From a virus (Duplodnaviria; Heunggongvirae; Uroviricota; Caudoviricetes): DNA of 25,651 nucleotides. The stretch is taken from positions 1 to 25,651 of the IMG/VR virus record IMGVR_UViG_2778261088_000004; one strand, 5' to 3'. Every line of letters starts with the position of its first letter. The first letter of the stretch is position 1. Under the pieces are notes generated by a model. It was not told where the DNA came from. It saw only the letters and a list, made by a program, of their open reading frames with translations, and ran no database searches. Below are positions 16,137 through 24,486 of this stretch, piece by piece. The translations under genes were made by a program, and so were the position numbers.

Positions 16137-17330
16137 GTGACCTGGGACGATCACAAGAAGAATTTTGCTCGCCTGGCGCGAGATGGTGGTTACACCATCG
16201 CACAGTATGCCGCCGAGTTTAATCTTAACCCTAATACTGCACGTCGTTATCTCCGTGCCTTCAAAGAAGACACCAGGACAGCGGACAGCCGCAAGCCAAA
16301 TAAGCCAGTCAGGAAGCCACTAAAAAGCATGATCATTGATCACTCTAATGATCAACATGCAGGTGATCACATTGCGGCTGAAATAGCGGAAAAACAAAGG
16401 GTTAATGCCGTTGTCAGTGCCGCAGTCGAGAATGCGAAGCGCCAAAATAAGCGCATAAATGATCGTTCTGATGATCATGACGTGATCACCCGCGCCCACC
16501 GGACCTTACGTGATCGCCTGGAACGCGACACCCTGGATGATGATGGTGAACGCTTTGAATTCGAAGCTGGCGATTACCTGATAGATAACGTTGAAGCGCG
16601 GAAGGCCGCGCGCGCTATGTTGCGTCGGTCCGGGGCCGATGTTCTGGAAACCACTCTTCTGGAAAAGTCTCTTTCTCATCTCCTTATGCTGGAGAACGCC
16701 AGGGATACGTGTATTCGTCTGGTGCAGGAAATGCGCGATCAGCAAAAAGACGATGATGAAGGGACTCCGCCTGAATATCGTATCGCGAGCATGCTAAACA
16801 GCTGTTCCGCGCAGATAAGCAGCCTGATCAACACCATTTACAGCATCCGGAATAACTATCGAAAAGAAAGCCGGGAGGCGGAAAAGCACGCTTTATCTAT
16901 GGGGCAAGCTGGCATTGTTAAGCTGGCATACGAACGAAAGCGTGAAAATAACTGGTCAGTGCTGGAAGCAGCTGAATTCATCGAGGCGCATGGCGGGAAA
17001 GTGCCGCCCCTGATGCTGGAGCAAATCAAAGCCGATCTGCGTGCTCCTAAGACAAATACCGATGATGAGGAAAGGCAAACTGCCGTCGGTGGCCCTTCTC
17101 TTGAAGATCTGGACAAAGTTGCGCGAGAACGGGCCGCCAACCGCCGCGCCGATGCCGCATTGTGGATTGAGCAGCGTAGGGAAGAAATCGCCGATATCGT
17201 TGATACAGGCGGTTATGGAGATGTTGATACTGAAGGTGTATCAAACGACCCATGGCTGGAACAAGACCTGGACGAAGACGAGGAGGAAGACGAAGAAGTT
17301 ACCCGCAAGCTATACGGGGATGATGATTAA
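16137..17330 (+). CDS. pacA: Terminase small subunit PacA (397 aa)
   Basis: GTG start after AAAGGAAG; N-terminus [28 protein letters not shown] recognised; contains the pac hexanucleotide cluster; acidic C-terminal tail. Confidence 0.85.
   Translation: MTWDDHKKNFARLARDGGYTIAQYAAEFNLNPNTARRYLRAFKEDTRTADSRKPNKPVRKPLKSMIIDHSNDQHAGDHIAAEIAEKQRVNAVVSAAVENAKRQNKRINDRSDDHDVITRAHRTLRDRLERDTLDDDGERFEFEAGDYLIDNVEARKAARAMLRRSGADVLETTLLEKSLSHLLMLENARDTCIRLVQEMRDQQKDDDEGTPPEYRIASMLNSCSAQISSLINTIYSIRNNYRKESREAEKHALSMGQAGIVKLAYERKRENNWSVLEAAEFIEAHGGKVPPLMLEQIKADLRAPKTNTDDEERQTAVGGPSLEDLDKVARERAANRRADAALWIEQRREEIADIVDTGGYGDVDTEGVSNDPWLEQDLDEDEEEDEEVTRKLYGDDD
16331..16487. other. P1 pac packaging site: seven GATC-containing hexanucleotide elements (4 + 3) flanking the cleavage region
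   Basis: GATC at 16331, 16338, 16350, 16365 and at 16461, 16473, 16484, within TGATCA/TGATCG-type hexamers inside the pacA 5' region. Confidence 0.8.
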
Positions 17331-18814
17331 TGGCCAGAAGTTGCGTAACGGATCCACGTTGGCGCGAGCTGGTGGCGCTATATCGTTATGACTGGATTGC
17401 GGCCGCTGATGTTTTGTTCGGCAAAACACCTACCTGGCAGCAGGATCTGATTATTGAGTCTGTGCAGGAACAGGGTAGCAAGACATCTGTTTCGTCTGGT
17501 CACGGTACCGGGAAATCAGACATGACTTCTATCATGATCATGTTGTTCATAATCATGTATCCCGGTGCCCGAGCCATTATCGTTGCGAACAAAATTCAGC
17601 AGGTAATGACCGGTATATTCAAGTACATCAAGATAAACTGGGCTACTGCCACCAGCCGTTTTCCATGGCTTGCTGATTATTTTGTTCTGACAGAAACCGC
17701 TTTCTATGAGGTTACTGGTAAAGGTGTATGGACTGTAGTACCGAAGGGCTTTCGTCTGGGAAGTGAAGAAGCTCTCGCCGGTGAACACGCAGATCATCTT
17801 CTGTATATTATCGATGAAGCCTCCGGTGTCAGTGATAGAGCTTTCGGTATCATCACCGGTGCTCTTACCGGACAGGATAACCGCATCTTATTGCTGTCAC
17901 AGCCTACACGCCCAAGCGGCTATTTCTACGATACTCACCATAAACTGGCCAAGCGTCCTGGTAACCCTGATGGCGTTTATACGGCGATCACGCTTAACAG
18001 TGAGGAATCACCGCTGGTAACGCCAGCATTTATCAAAATGAAGCTGGCGGAGTACGGCGGGCGTGATAACCCTATGTACATGATTAAGGTACGCGGACTA
18101 TTCCCTAAATCACAGGATGGCTTCCTTCTTGGACGTGATGAGGTTGAACGTGCGACGCGGCGGAAAGTCAAGATTGCCAAAGGATGGGGCTGGCTTGCAT
18201 GTGTGGACGTTGCTGGTGGTACGGGACGGGATAAGTCCGTTATCAATATCATGATGGTGTCCGGCCAGAGAAATAAACGCCGTGTAATCAACTATCGAAT
18301 GCTGGAATACACAGACGTTACAGAAACGCAGCTTGCCGCCAAAATTTTCGCAGAATGTAATCCTGAGCGATTCCCAAATATCACCATAGCGATAGACGGC
18401 GATGGGCTGGGTAAAGCAACGGCGGATCTGATGTACGAGTATTATGGTATTACCGTACAGCGTATACGCTGGGGTAAAAAGATGCATAGCCGTGAAGATA
18501 AGAGCCTGTACTTTGATAAGCGTGCTTATGCCAACGTTCAAGCCGCAGAGGCCGTAAAATCAGGTCGTATGAGACTGGATAAGGGTAATGAAACTATTGA
18601 GGAAGCGTCGAAAATCCCTGTAGGGATTAACTCCGCAGGTCAATGGAAGGTGATGAGTAAGGAGGATATGAAGAAAAAACTCAACCTGCACTCACCAGAC
18701 CATTGGGATACATATTGTTTCGCTATGCTGGCGGATTATGTTCCCCAGGATGAAGTGCTTAGCGTCGAAGACGAAGCGCAGGTAGATGAAGCTCTGGCAT
18801 GGCTTAATGAATAA
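17330..18814 (+). CDS. pacB: Terminase large subunit PacB (494 aa)
   Basis: ATG overlaps the pacA stop; Walker-A-like GHGTGKS near the N-terminus; size and position as in P1. Confidence 0.8.
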   Translation: MARSCVTDPRWRELVALYRYDWIAAADVLFGKTPTWQQDLIIESVQEQGSKTSVSSGHGTGKSDMTSIMIMLFIIMYPGARAIIVANKIQQVMTGIFKYIKINWATATSRFPWLADYFVLTETAFYEVTGKGVWTVVPKGFRLGSEEALAGEHADHLLYIIDEASGVSDRAFGIITGALTGQDNRILLLSQPTRPSGYFYDTHHKLAKRPGNPDGVYTAITLNSEESPLVTPAFIKMKLAEYGGRDNPMYMIKVRGLFPKSQDGFLLGRDEVERATRRKVKIAKGWGWLACVDVAGGTGRDKSVINIMMVSGQRNKRRVINYRMLEYTDVTETQLAAKIFAECNPERFPNITIAIDGDGLGKATADLMYEYYGITVQRIRWGKKMHSREDKSLYFDKRAYANVQAAEAVKSGRMRLDKGNETIEEASKIPVGINSAGQWKVMSKEDMKKKLNLHSPDHWDTYCFAMLADYVPQDEVLSVEDEAQVDEALAWLNE

Positions 18815-18838
18815 CTCATTGACCATGCCGGATGGAAA

Positions 18839-19690
18839 CTATTGCGCGCTTTCGGGGTTGTCGTTTACTGGCTGCCCCTTCTTAGTTTTACGGCTGCGCG
18901 TAACTGATGCGGCTGATTTGACCTTTTTCTCTTCGCGAGTGATGGCAATTTGTTTTTTTACATTTTCAATATCTGCCAGGCGATATATTTTTGCCTGCGG
19001 CCAGCGGTCGCAGATGATCGGTTCTATAGAGTCATAAAGGCTAAATTTTGCTTTCTCGAATTCACCGTTGATGATAATTCCATCACGGAGAGTTTCATCG
19101 CAGATAAACACACCACATAGCGGCACATGGTAACTAACTGATTTACCATCATTGTAGTTAGGGCTACTAGAAATGTAATGGACGCGCAGCATTGTTTCGC
19201 TAAAGCCGTGTACGCGCATACGGAATTTTTCATCCTCCGGGTACTGCTTCATTAGCTCTTTTGTTGCTTCCAGGTTCTCTATGTATTTCGCACTGTGCTC
19301 ATTGATCCCTGCGCTTTTCTGGATGCGAATGTCCTTATCAATCAGATGAATAATGCGGCCAGCGGTCATGTTGACGCTGTTCACAGCTTCTGTCTGATAA
19401 GTCGTAACCTTACGCACACCGCGAAGGATGTTAGGCACTGGATATAAAATAGTCTTTGGGATATTGAGGTCTGGGTACTGTTCCAGTTCCCGCGCCATTA
19501 AAGTCCATTTATCAATTTCAGCCTGAATGCTGTCCGTTTCTTTGAACGGCAGAACGACAACCGGGCGAACAGGACGACCGTCGCTGGCGGCATCAACGTG
19601 TTGGGCGCGTGCAACAGCTTTTTTTAGAAAGAGATCCCTGAAGCTGACGAACTCCTGGTACAGTTGTTCGCCGTAGACATAATTTATCAT
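18839..19690 (-). CDS. c1: C1 repressor of lysis (283 aa)
   Basis: 283-aa ORF convergent with pacB and followed by coi and the Op99 operator cluster, the P1 immC arrangement; C1 operator sites occur throughout the window. Confidence 0.8.
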   Translation of the reverse strand: MINYVYGEQLYQEFVSFRDLFLKKAVARAQHVDAASDGRPVRPVVVLPFKETDSIQAEIDKWTLMARELEQYPDLNIPKTILYPVPNILRGVRKVTTYQTEAVNSVNMTAGRIIHLIDKDIRIQKSAGINEHSAKYIENLEATKELMKQYPEDEKFRMRVHGFSETMLRVHYISSSPNYNDGKSVSYHVPLCGVFICDETLRDGIIINGEFEKAKFSLYDSIEPIICDRWPQAKIYRLADIENVKKQIAITREEKKVKSAASVTRSRKTKKGQPVNDNPESAQ

Positions 19691-19800
19691 TGATCCTCCT
19701 CCAGAATTGACATGGCCAACAACTCACAGCGGATTACACTGGGAGTTGTTGGCCACCATTATAGAAGGATCCAACGAAAATAATAGATTTATTAGTGCAT

Positions 19801-20010
19801 TTATTGTGAGTCTGGCTGGTTAGTGGCCATGAGATATTCGATTGTGTCAGTGAGATCATCCAGGTCGTCTTGGGTGATGCGGTACTCCTGATTGGATATC
19901 TTTGAGTAGTGTTCAGCAATGGCGCGGGCAGCGTCGGTTTCGGCGGGGTCTACAGATAAAGCGTTAGAGCAATGTCTAACGTCGTCGATGGTTGGTGGAA
20001 TGAAAGCCAT
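19801..20010 (-). CDS. coi: Coi, C1 inactivator (69 aa)
   Basis: 69-aa ORF immediately upstream of c1 on the same strand, downstream of Op99-type operators; matches P1 coi in size and position. Confidence 0.7.
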   Translation of the reverse strand: MAFIPPTIDDVRHCSNALSVDPAETDAARAIAEHYSKISNQEYRITQDDLDDLTDTIEYLMATNQPDSQ

Positions 20011-20248
20011 AATTATGCCTCACTGTATTGACAACACAGAGCCTGAAGCTCTGACCTACTGTTTCACCCATGATCCATGCTGGGGTAATCTAACAACATT
20101 GCGCTGTGTGTAAGATGAGCAATGCATAGCTGTAATGCCGTTGTATAAGGTTTCCCTGTTTGCTCATTTCCTTCTGAGCCGCTCTACAACGCTGAAGACA
20201 CATTAAATAGTGAATCCAAAGTCGTATTACGAAACGGCGGCAAAACTA

Positions 20249-20265
20249 TAATTTATTAGAGCAAT
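20249..20265 (-). promoter_or_regulatory. C1 operator (Op99-type), inverted orientation
   Basis: TAATTTATTAGAGCAAT is the reverse complement of ATTGCTCTAATAAATTA. Confidence 0.6.
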
Positions 20266-20331
20266 TGTCAAACAACAATGAAAAACAATCCAGTTTTTGG
20301 CTGGTGGAGTGGGATTTTTCTCTCAAAATTT

Positions 20332-20348
20332 ATTGCTCTAATAATTCT
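20332..20348 (+). promoter_or_regulatory. C1 operator (Op99-type) ATTGCTCTAATAATTCT
   Basis: Consensus match, 44 bp before loxP. Confidence 0.6.
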
Positions 20349-20391
20349 TGATTTTTATGCACAGCTGGACGTAAACTCCTCTTCGGACCTA

Positions 20392-20425
20392 ATAACTTCG
20401 TATAGCATACATTATACGAAGTTAT
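20392..20425 (+). other. loxP site (ATAACTTCGTATA-GCATACAT-TATACGAAGTTAT)
   Basis: Exact 34-bp loxP: two 13-bp inverted arms around the 8-bp asymmetric spacer. Confidence 0.97.
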
Positions 20426-20843
20426 CTTAGGGGTTATTGAACATGATCAATTTACCTGTAAATCCATACAGTTCAATACCTTATCAGGTCAAATAGTGAT
20501 CACTTGATCATTTGATCAAGGTTGCGCTACGTAAAATCTGCGAAATGTTGGCGGTGTTAGTCCTACAGATTTCGCGTAGCGCACTTAGCACCACCAATCA
20601 ATCAGAGGTGAAAAATGGGATATTCAGCTGCTAAAGTGTCCACTCATCTTGAGCTTGAGAAAAACCGTGGTTACTGGCGGGCAAAAGGGTTTGAGCGTGA
20701 TAGTTACCAACTGTCATTATCTCGCGGTGAAGAGAAAATAGAACGCACGCGCGGTCGCTGGCGTTCCTATGACGAGAACCATAAACAGGTAAAGGCAGAG
20801 CCGATCCTGTACACTTTACTTAAAACCATTATCTGAGTGTTAA

Positions 20844-21875
20844 ATGTCCAATTTACTGACCGTACACCAAAATTTGCCTGCATTACCGGTCGATGCAACG
20901 AGTGATGAGGTTCGCAAGAATCTGATGGACATGTTCAGGGATCGCCAGGCGTTTTCTGAGCATACCTGGAAAATGCTTCTGTCCGTTTGCCGGTCGTGGG
21001 CGGCATGGTGCAAGTTGAATAACCGGAAATGGTTTCCCGCAGAACCTGAAGATGTTCGCGATTATCTTCTATATCTTCAGGCGCGCGGTCTGGCAGTAAA
21101 AACTATCCAGCAACATTTGGGCCAGCTAAACATGCTTCATCGTCGGTCCGGGCTGCCACGACCAAGTGACAGTAATGCTGTTTCACTGGTCATGCGACGG
21201 ATCCGAAAAGAAAACGTTGATGCCGGTGAACGTGCAAAACAGGCACTGGCGTTCGAACGCACTGATTTCGACCAGGTTCGTTCACTCATGGAAAATAGCG
21301 ATCGCTGCCAGGATATACGTAATCTGGCATTTCTGGGGATTGCTTATAACACCCTGTTACGTATAGCCGAAATTGCCAGGATCAGGGTTAAAGATATCTC
21401 ACGTACTGACGGTGGGAGAATGTTAATCCATATTGGCAGAACGAAAACGCTGGTTAGCACCGCAGGTGTAGAGAAGGCACTTAGCCTGGGGGTAACTAAA
21501 CTGGTCGAGCGATGGATTTCTGTCTCTGGTGTGGCTGATGATCCGAATAACTACTTGTTTTGCCGTGTCAGAAAAAATGGTGTTGCCGCGCCATCTGCCA
21601 CCAGCCAGCTATCAACTCGCGCCCTGGAAGGGATTTTTGAAGCAACTCATCGATTGATTTACGGCGCTAAGGATGACTCTGGTCAGAGATACCTGGCCTG
21701 GTCTGGACACAGTGCCCGTGTCGGAGCCGCGCGAGATATGGCCCGCGCCGGAGTTTCAATACCGGAGATCATGCAAGCTGGTGGCTGGACCAACGTAAAT
21801 ATTGTCATGAACTATATCCGTAACCTGGATAGTGAAACGGGGGCAATGGTACGCCTGCTGGAAGATGGCGATTAG
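20844..21875 (+). CDS. cre: Cre site-specific tyrosine recombinase (343 aa)
   Basis: Translation MSNLLTVHQNLPALPVDATSDEVRKNLMDMFRDRQAFSEHTWKMLLSVCRSWAAWCKLNNRKWFPAEPEDVRDYLLYLQARGLAVKTIQQHLGQLNMLHRRSGLPRPSDSNAVSLVMRRIRKENVDAGERAKQALAFERTDFDQVRSLMENSDRCQDIRNLAFLGIAYNTLLRIAEIARIRVKDISRTDGGRMLIHIGRTKTLVSTAGVEKALSLGVTKLVERWISVSGVADDPNNYLFCRVRKNGVAAPSATSQLSTRALEGIFEATHRLIYGAKDDSGQRYLAWSGHSARVGAARDMARAGVSIPEIMQAGGWTNVNIVMNYIRNLDSETGAMVRLLEDGD matches Cre as I know it; loxP lies 420 bp upstream. Confidence 0.97.
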   Translation: MSNLLTVHQNLPALPVDATSDEVRKNLMDMFRDRQAFSEHTWKMLLSVCRSWAAWCKLNNRKWFPAEPEDVRDYLLYLQARGLAVKTIQQHLGQLNMLHRRSGLPRPSDSNAVSLVMRRIRKENVDAGERAKQALAFERTDFDQVRSLMENSDRCQDIRNLAFLGIAYNTLLRIAEIARIRVKDISRTDGGRMLIHIGRTKTLVSTAGVEKALSLGVTKLVERWISVSGVADDPNNYLFCRVRKNGVAAPSATSQLSTRALEGIFEATHRLIYGAKDDSGQRYLAWSGHSARVGAARDMARAGVSIPEIMQAGGWTNVNIVMNYIRNLDSETGAMVRLLEDGD

Positions 21876-21892
21876 CCGTTCATTTGCGCTTG

Positions 21893-21909
21893 ATTGCTCT
21901 AATTATTTG
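21893..21909 (+). promoter_or_regulatory. C1 operator-like site (ATTGCTCTAATTATTTG) between cre and cra
   Basis: Consensus match. Confidence 0.5.
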
Positions 21910-21925
21910 ATATTTATGGTGACGC

Positions 21926-22237
21926 ATGCGGAAGGATTTCAAAATAGACGGAAAATATGTGGTGCTGTCTGTAAGCTCTCAAATTCAGTCACCATCTGTC
22001 ATTGTCACCGTAAAATTGAGCGATAGGATGCCTGATATCGACTCGATATCTGTTGCGTTCCCCGTTAAAAGCATGCGGAGCGCTGAACATTTTGTGATGA
22101 ATGCAACGGAGGAGGAAGCGCGGCGCGGGCTTACTAGAGTGATGGCGGAATTTGGCGAACTCCTGGGTAAGGTAAACAATGCCCTTTCAATCAGTTCAGC
22201 AAGATCCAAAGCGTTAACAGCTTCCATGATGAAATAA
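21926..22237 (+). CDS. cra: Cra-like (cre-associated) protein, 103 aa
   Basis: ORF directly after cre and before ref, as in P1; named by position. Confidence 0.55.
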   Translation: MRKDFKIDGKYVVLSVSSQIQSPSVIVTVKLSDRMPDIDSISVAFPVKSMRSAEHFVMNATEEEARRGLTRVMAEFGELLGKVNNALSISSARSKALTASMMK

Positions 22238-22367
22238 AAAAGCCTGGCAAGGAGCCAGGCTGCACAAAAGAGCGGGTTTGTATTCCGCATCCAATCAATC
22301 AAGAAGGAGTATAGCACACAGGTACTGAAGTGAAAAAATGTGATTCGCGATAAACAAAATATCTACC

Positions 22368-22397
22368 ATTGCTCTAATTGATTGCTATAATTGAGCC
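22368..22397 (+). promoter_or_regulatory. Two overlapping C1 operators (ATTGCTCTAATTGATTG and ATTGCTATAATTGAGCC) with embedded TATAAT -10
   Basis: Tandem consensus matches; perfect TATAAT at 22386-22391; consistent with C1-repressed ref expression. Confidence 0.55.
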
Positions 22398-22451
22398 GCA
22401 GTTTTTGTCAACTACGAAGACGTTGCCATTACTTCACTCCTTGACATCATT

Positions 22452-22477
22452 GGCGGCCATTAGGCCGCCTTTTTTTT
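22452..22477 (+). terminator. Terminator-like hairpin (GGCGGCC / loop ATTA / GGCCGCC + T8) in the ref leader
   Basis: 7-bp all-GC stem plus 8 T, ending 5 nt before the ref ATG and downstream of the operator/promoter. Confidence 0.5.
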
Positions 22478-22482
22478 GCCAT

Positions 22483-23043
22483 ATGAAAACAATCGAACAA
22501 AAACTTGAACAGCGCCGCGAGTGGCAGAAGGCAGCCAGAGAACGAGCGATCGCTCGGCAACGGGAAAAGTTGGCTGACCCCGCCTGGCGAGAATCGCAAT
22601 ATCAGAAAATGCGGGATTCTATCGACCGCCGTATCGCTAAACAGAAAGAGCGCCCACCAGCCAGCAAAACGCGGAAAAGTGCGGTAAAGATAAAATCTCG
22701 TGGCTTGAAGGGGCGAACACCGACAGCGGAGGAACGGAGCATCGCCAGTGCTCTTGGCGCTCTCCCCTGCATTGCCTGCTACATGCATGGAGTAATATCT
22801 GAAGAGGTATCTTTGCACCATATCTCCGGTCGTACCGCGCCGGGTTGTCACAAAAAGCAATTGCCCCTTTGTAGATGGCACCACCAGCATGCAGCACCGG
22901 CTGAAGTAAGAGAAAAATATCCCTGGCTGGTCCCTGTTCATGCCGATGGTGTGGTTGGAGGCAAGAAAGAATTCACCTTGCTGAACAAGTCAGAGATGGA
23001 GTTGCTGGCTGACGCCTATGAGATGGCAAACATTATGCACTAA
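22483..23043 (+). CDS. ref: Ref, recombination enhancement function (HNH-type RecA-dependent nuclease), 186 aa
   Basis: ATG 22483 (MKTIEQKLEQ...); basic N-terminus; HNH-like CIACYMHG...HHISGR...CHKKQLPLCRWHH; position after cre-cra; C1 operators upstream. The track's TTG at 22378 lies inside the operator. Confidence 0.75.
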   Translation: MKTIEQKLEQRREWQKAARERAIARQREKLADPAWRESQYQKMRDSIDRRIAKQKERPPASKTRKSAVKIKSRGLKGRTPTAEERSIASALGALPCIACYMHGVISEEVSLHHISGRTAPGCHKKQLPLCRWHHQHAAPAEVREKYPWLVPVHADGVVGGKKEFTLLNKSEMELLADAYEMANIMH

Positions 23044-23231
23044 TAAATATATTATTTTTAATCTGAAATAATTGACAACTGACAAGTGACTTCAGTCAGA
23101 ATCATCACATGCCCGGTACGGATGGATCCCTTTTCAAATATTCCATGGACGGCACAGTCTGAGTACCGGGCGCTACCTTTTGTTGTATTGCTAAGCCGCC
23201 GCTGGTGGCTTTTCTTTTTTGTAGGGGCGCT

Positions 23232-23543
23232 ATGGATAAGAAAATATGCGTTGTTTCGATGAGCGTCGGCAAACCGGCGTCAATGACTGCTGCATGGATC
23301 AACAACGAGCTGATAATGGCTGAGCGGACCAGCTACCCTGAACGCCGCCGCGATATGGAACTCCAGTTGCTGCGCGAATTGCGTGAGAAAGAGGAAAAAG
23401 GTTTTATCGTGCTGGTGGAAGAGGAAAACAGCTTTATTACTGGTCGAGTTGGCCAGCGTGTAAGGTTGCGCGATCCCTTCATGAACGGCAGGCCGGTCCT
23501 AATTGAGGCAATGCAGATTTATAAGGAGCTGGAACGCCAGAAA
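23232..23543 (+). pseudogene. 5' fragment (about 104 codons) of an unidentified gene, interrupted by the transposon end
   Basis: ORF from ATG 23232 (MDKKICVVSMSVGKP...) runs in frame into the inverted repeat beginning at 23544; the track's 157-aa ORF 23205-23678 is therefore chimeric. Confidence 0.4.
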
Positions 23544-23624
23544 GGGGTCGTTTGCGGGAGAGGGCGAAATCCTACGCTAAGGCTTTGGCCAACGATATTC
23601 TCCGGTAAGATTGATGTGTTCCCA
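23544..23624. mobile_element. Tn5393-type (Tn3-family) terminal inverted repeat, strB-proximal end
   Basis: Begins GGGGTCGTTTGCGGGAG (Tn3-family ends start GGGG); lies about 25 bp beyond the strB stop, as at the right end of Tn5393; recalled from memory, no alignment run. Confidence 0.55.
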
Positions 23625-23649
23625 GGGGATAGGAGAAGTCGCTTGATAT

Positions 23650-24486
23650 CTAGTATGACGTCTGTCGCACCTGCTTGATCGCGGCCGCGATAGCTAGATC
23701 GCGTTGCTCCTCTTCTCCATCCGCGTTCCAAGCTGCGGAAAGGCACCCATAAGCGTACGCCTGGTCGAGCAGGCGACGCGGATCGACGTCCAGCGCACGA
23801 GAGAATGCGTCCGCCATCTGTGCAATGCGTCTAGGATCGAGACAAAGGTCGTCTCTGTCAGCCGGATCGTAGAACATATTGGCGGCGCCAAAGCCCACTT
23901 CACCGACCAGACCGACGGGATCTATCACCAGCCAGCCGCGACTGGAGAACATGATGTTTTCATGATGCAGATCGCCATGTAGCCCACGCAGTTCCGAGGC
24001 ATTGCTCATCATTTGATCGGCTATAATCGCCGCGTGGACGTAGTCAGTTTGACAACCTGCGTTTTGATCATCGCGCGCCCGCTGAAACAAAGCTGCAAAG
24101 CGATCCCGGATCGGGAGAAGGGCAGAAGGCAGGGGTTCCTCAGATGCGGCATACAGCTTCGCCATTAGTTCCGCTGCAATTTCGGTCGCCTGGTAGTCGC
24201 CGTGCTCGGCAACGATGTGAGAGAGCATTCGCTCCCCGGCATATTCGAGCAACATCAGATTGTTCTCACGACCGAGCAACCGGACTGCTCCCCTCCCATT
24301 GCGCCATACCAGATAGTCGGCCCCGCGCAGTTCATCAGCAATGTCTTCTATAGGTTTCAATCCCTTGACGATTGCAGGAGTCCCGTCTGGCAATGAAACT
24401 TTCCAAACGAGGCTGGAAAAGGTGTCCGCAATGAGAACAGGTTGCGAAACGTGCCAATGAGCAGGAAAAACAGGCGGCATGAACAT
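23650..24486 (-). CDS. strB: Aminoglycoside 6-phosphotransferase APH(6)-Id, StrB (278 aa)
   Basis: Translation MFMPPVFPAHWHVSQPVLIADTFSSLVWKVSLPDGTPAIVKGLKPIEDIADELRGADYLVWRNGRGAVRLLGRENNLMLLEYAGERMLSHIVAEHGDYQATEIAAELMAKLYAASEEPLPSALLPIRDRFAALFQRARDDQNAGCQTDYVHAAIIADQMMSNASELRGLHGDLHHENIMFSSRGWLVIDPVGLVGEVGFGAANMFYDPADRDDLCLDPRRIAQMADAFSRALDVDPRRLLDQAYAYGCLSAAWNADGEEEQRDLAIAAAIKQVRQTSY is recognised as StrB; start overlaps the strA stop by 1 nt. Confidence 0.95.
   Translation of the reverse strand: MFMPPVFPAHWHVSQPVLIADTFSSLVWKVSLPDGTPAIVKGLKPIEDIADELRGADYLVWRNGRGAVRLLGRENNLMLLEYAGERMLSHIVAEHGDYQATEIAAELMAKLYAASEEPLPSALLPIRDRFAALFQRARDDQNAGCQTDYVHAAIIADQMMSNASELRGLHGDLHHENIMFSSRGWLVIDPVGLVGEVGFGAANMFYDPADRDDLCLDPRRIAQMADAFSRALDVDPRRLLDQAYAYGCLSAAWNADGEEEQRDLAIAAAIKQVRQTSY

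Noticed and set aside
20392-21875. Possibility that loxP plus cre indicates an engineered vector
   Set aside because: They are in native P1 context (coi-c1-Op99 upstream, cra-ref downstream, pacAB, phd-doc); nothing vector-like such as a polylinker or synthetic junctions is visible.
22378-22482. TTG start at 22378 for ref (221-aa version)
   Set aside because: It would begin inside the C1 operator and read through the leader hairpin; the ATG at 22483 gives the 186-aa Ref with MKTIEQ start.
23205-23678. 157-aa ORF as an intact gene
   Set aside because: Its 3' third is read through the Tn5393-type inverted repeat; it is a chimera of a truncated gene and the transposon end.
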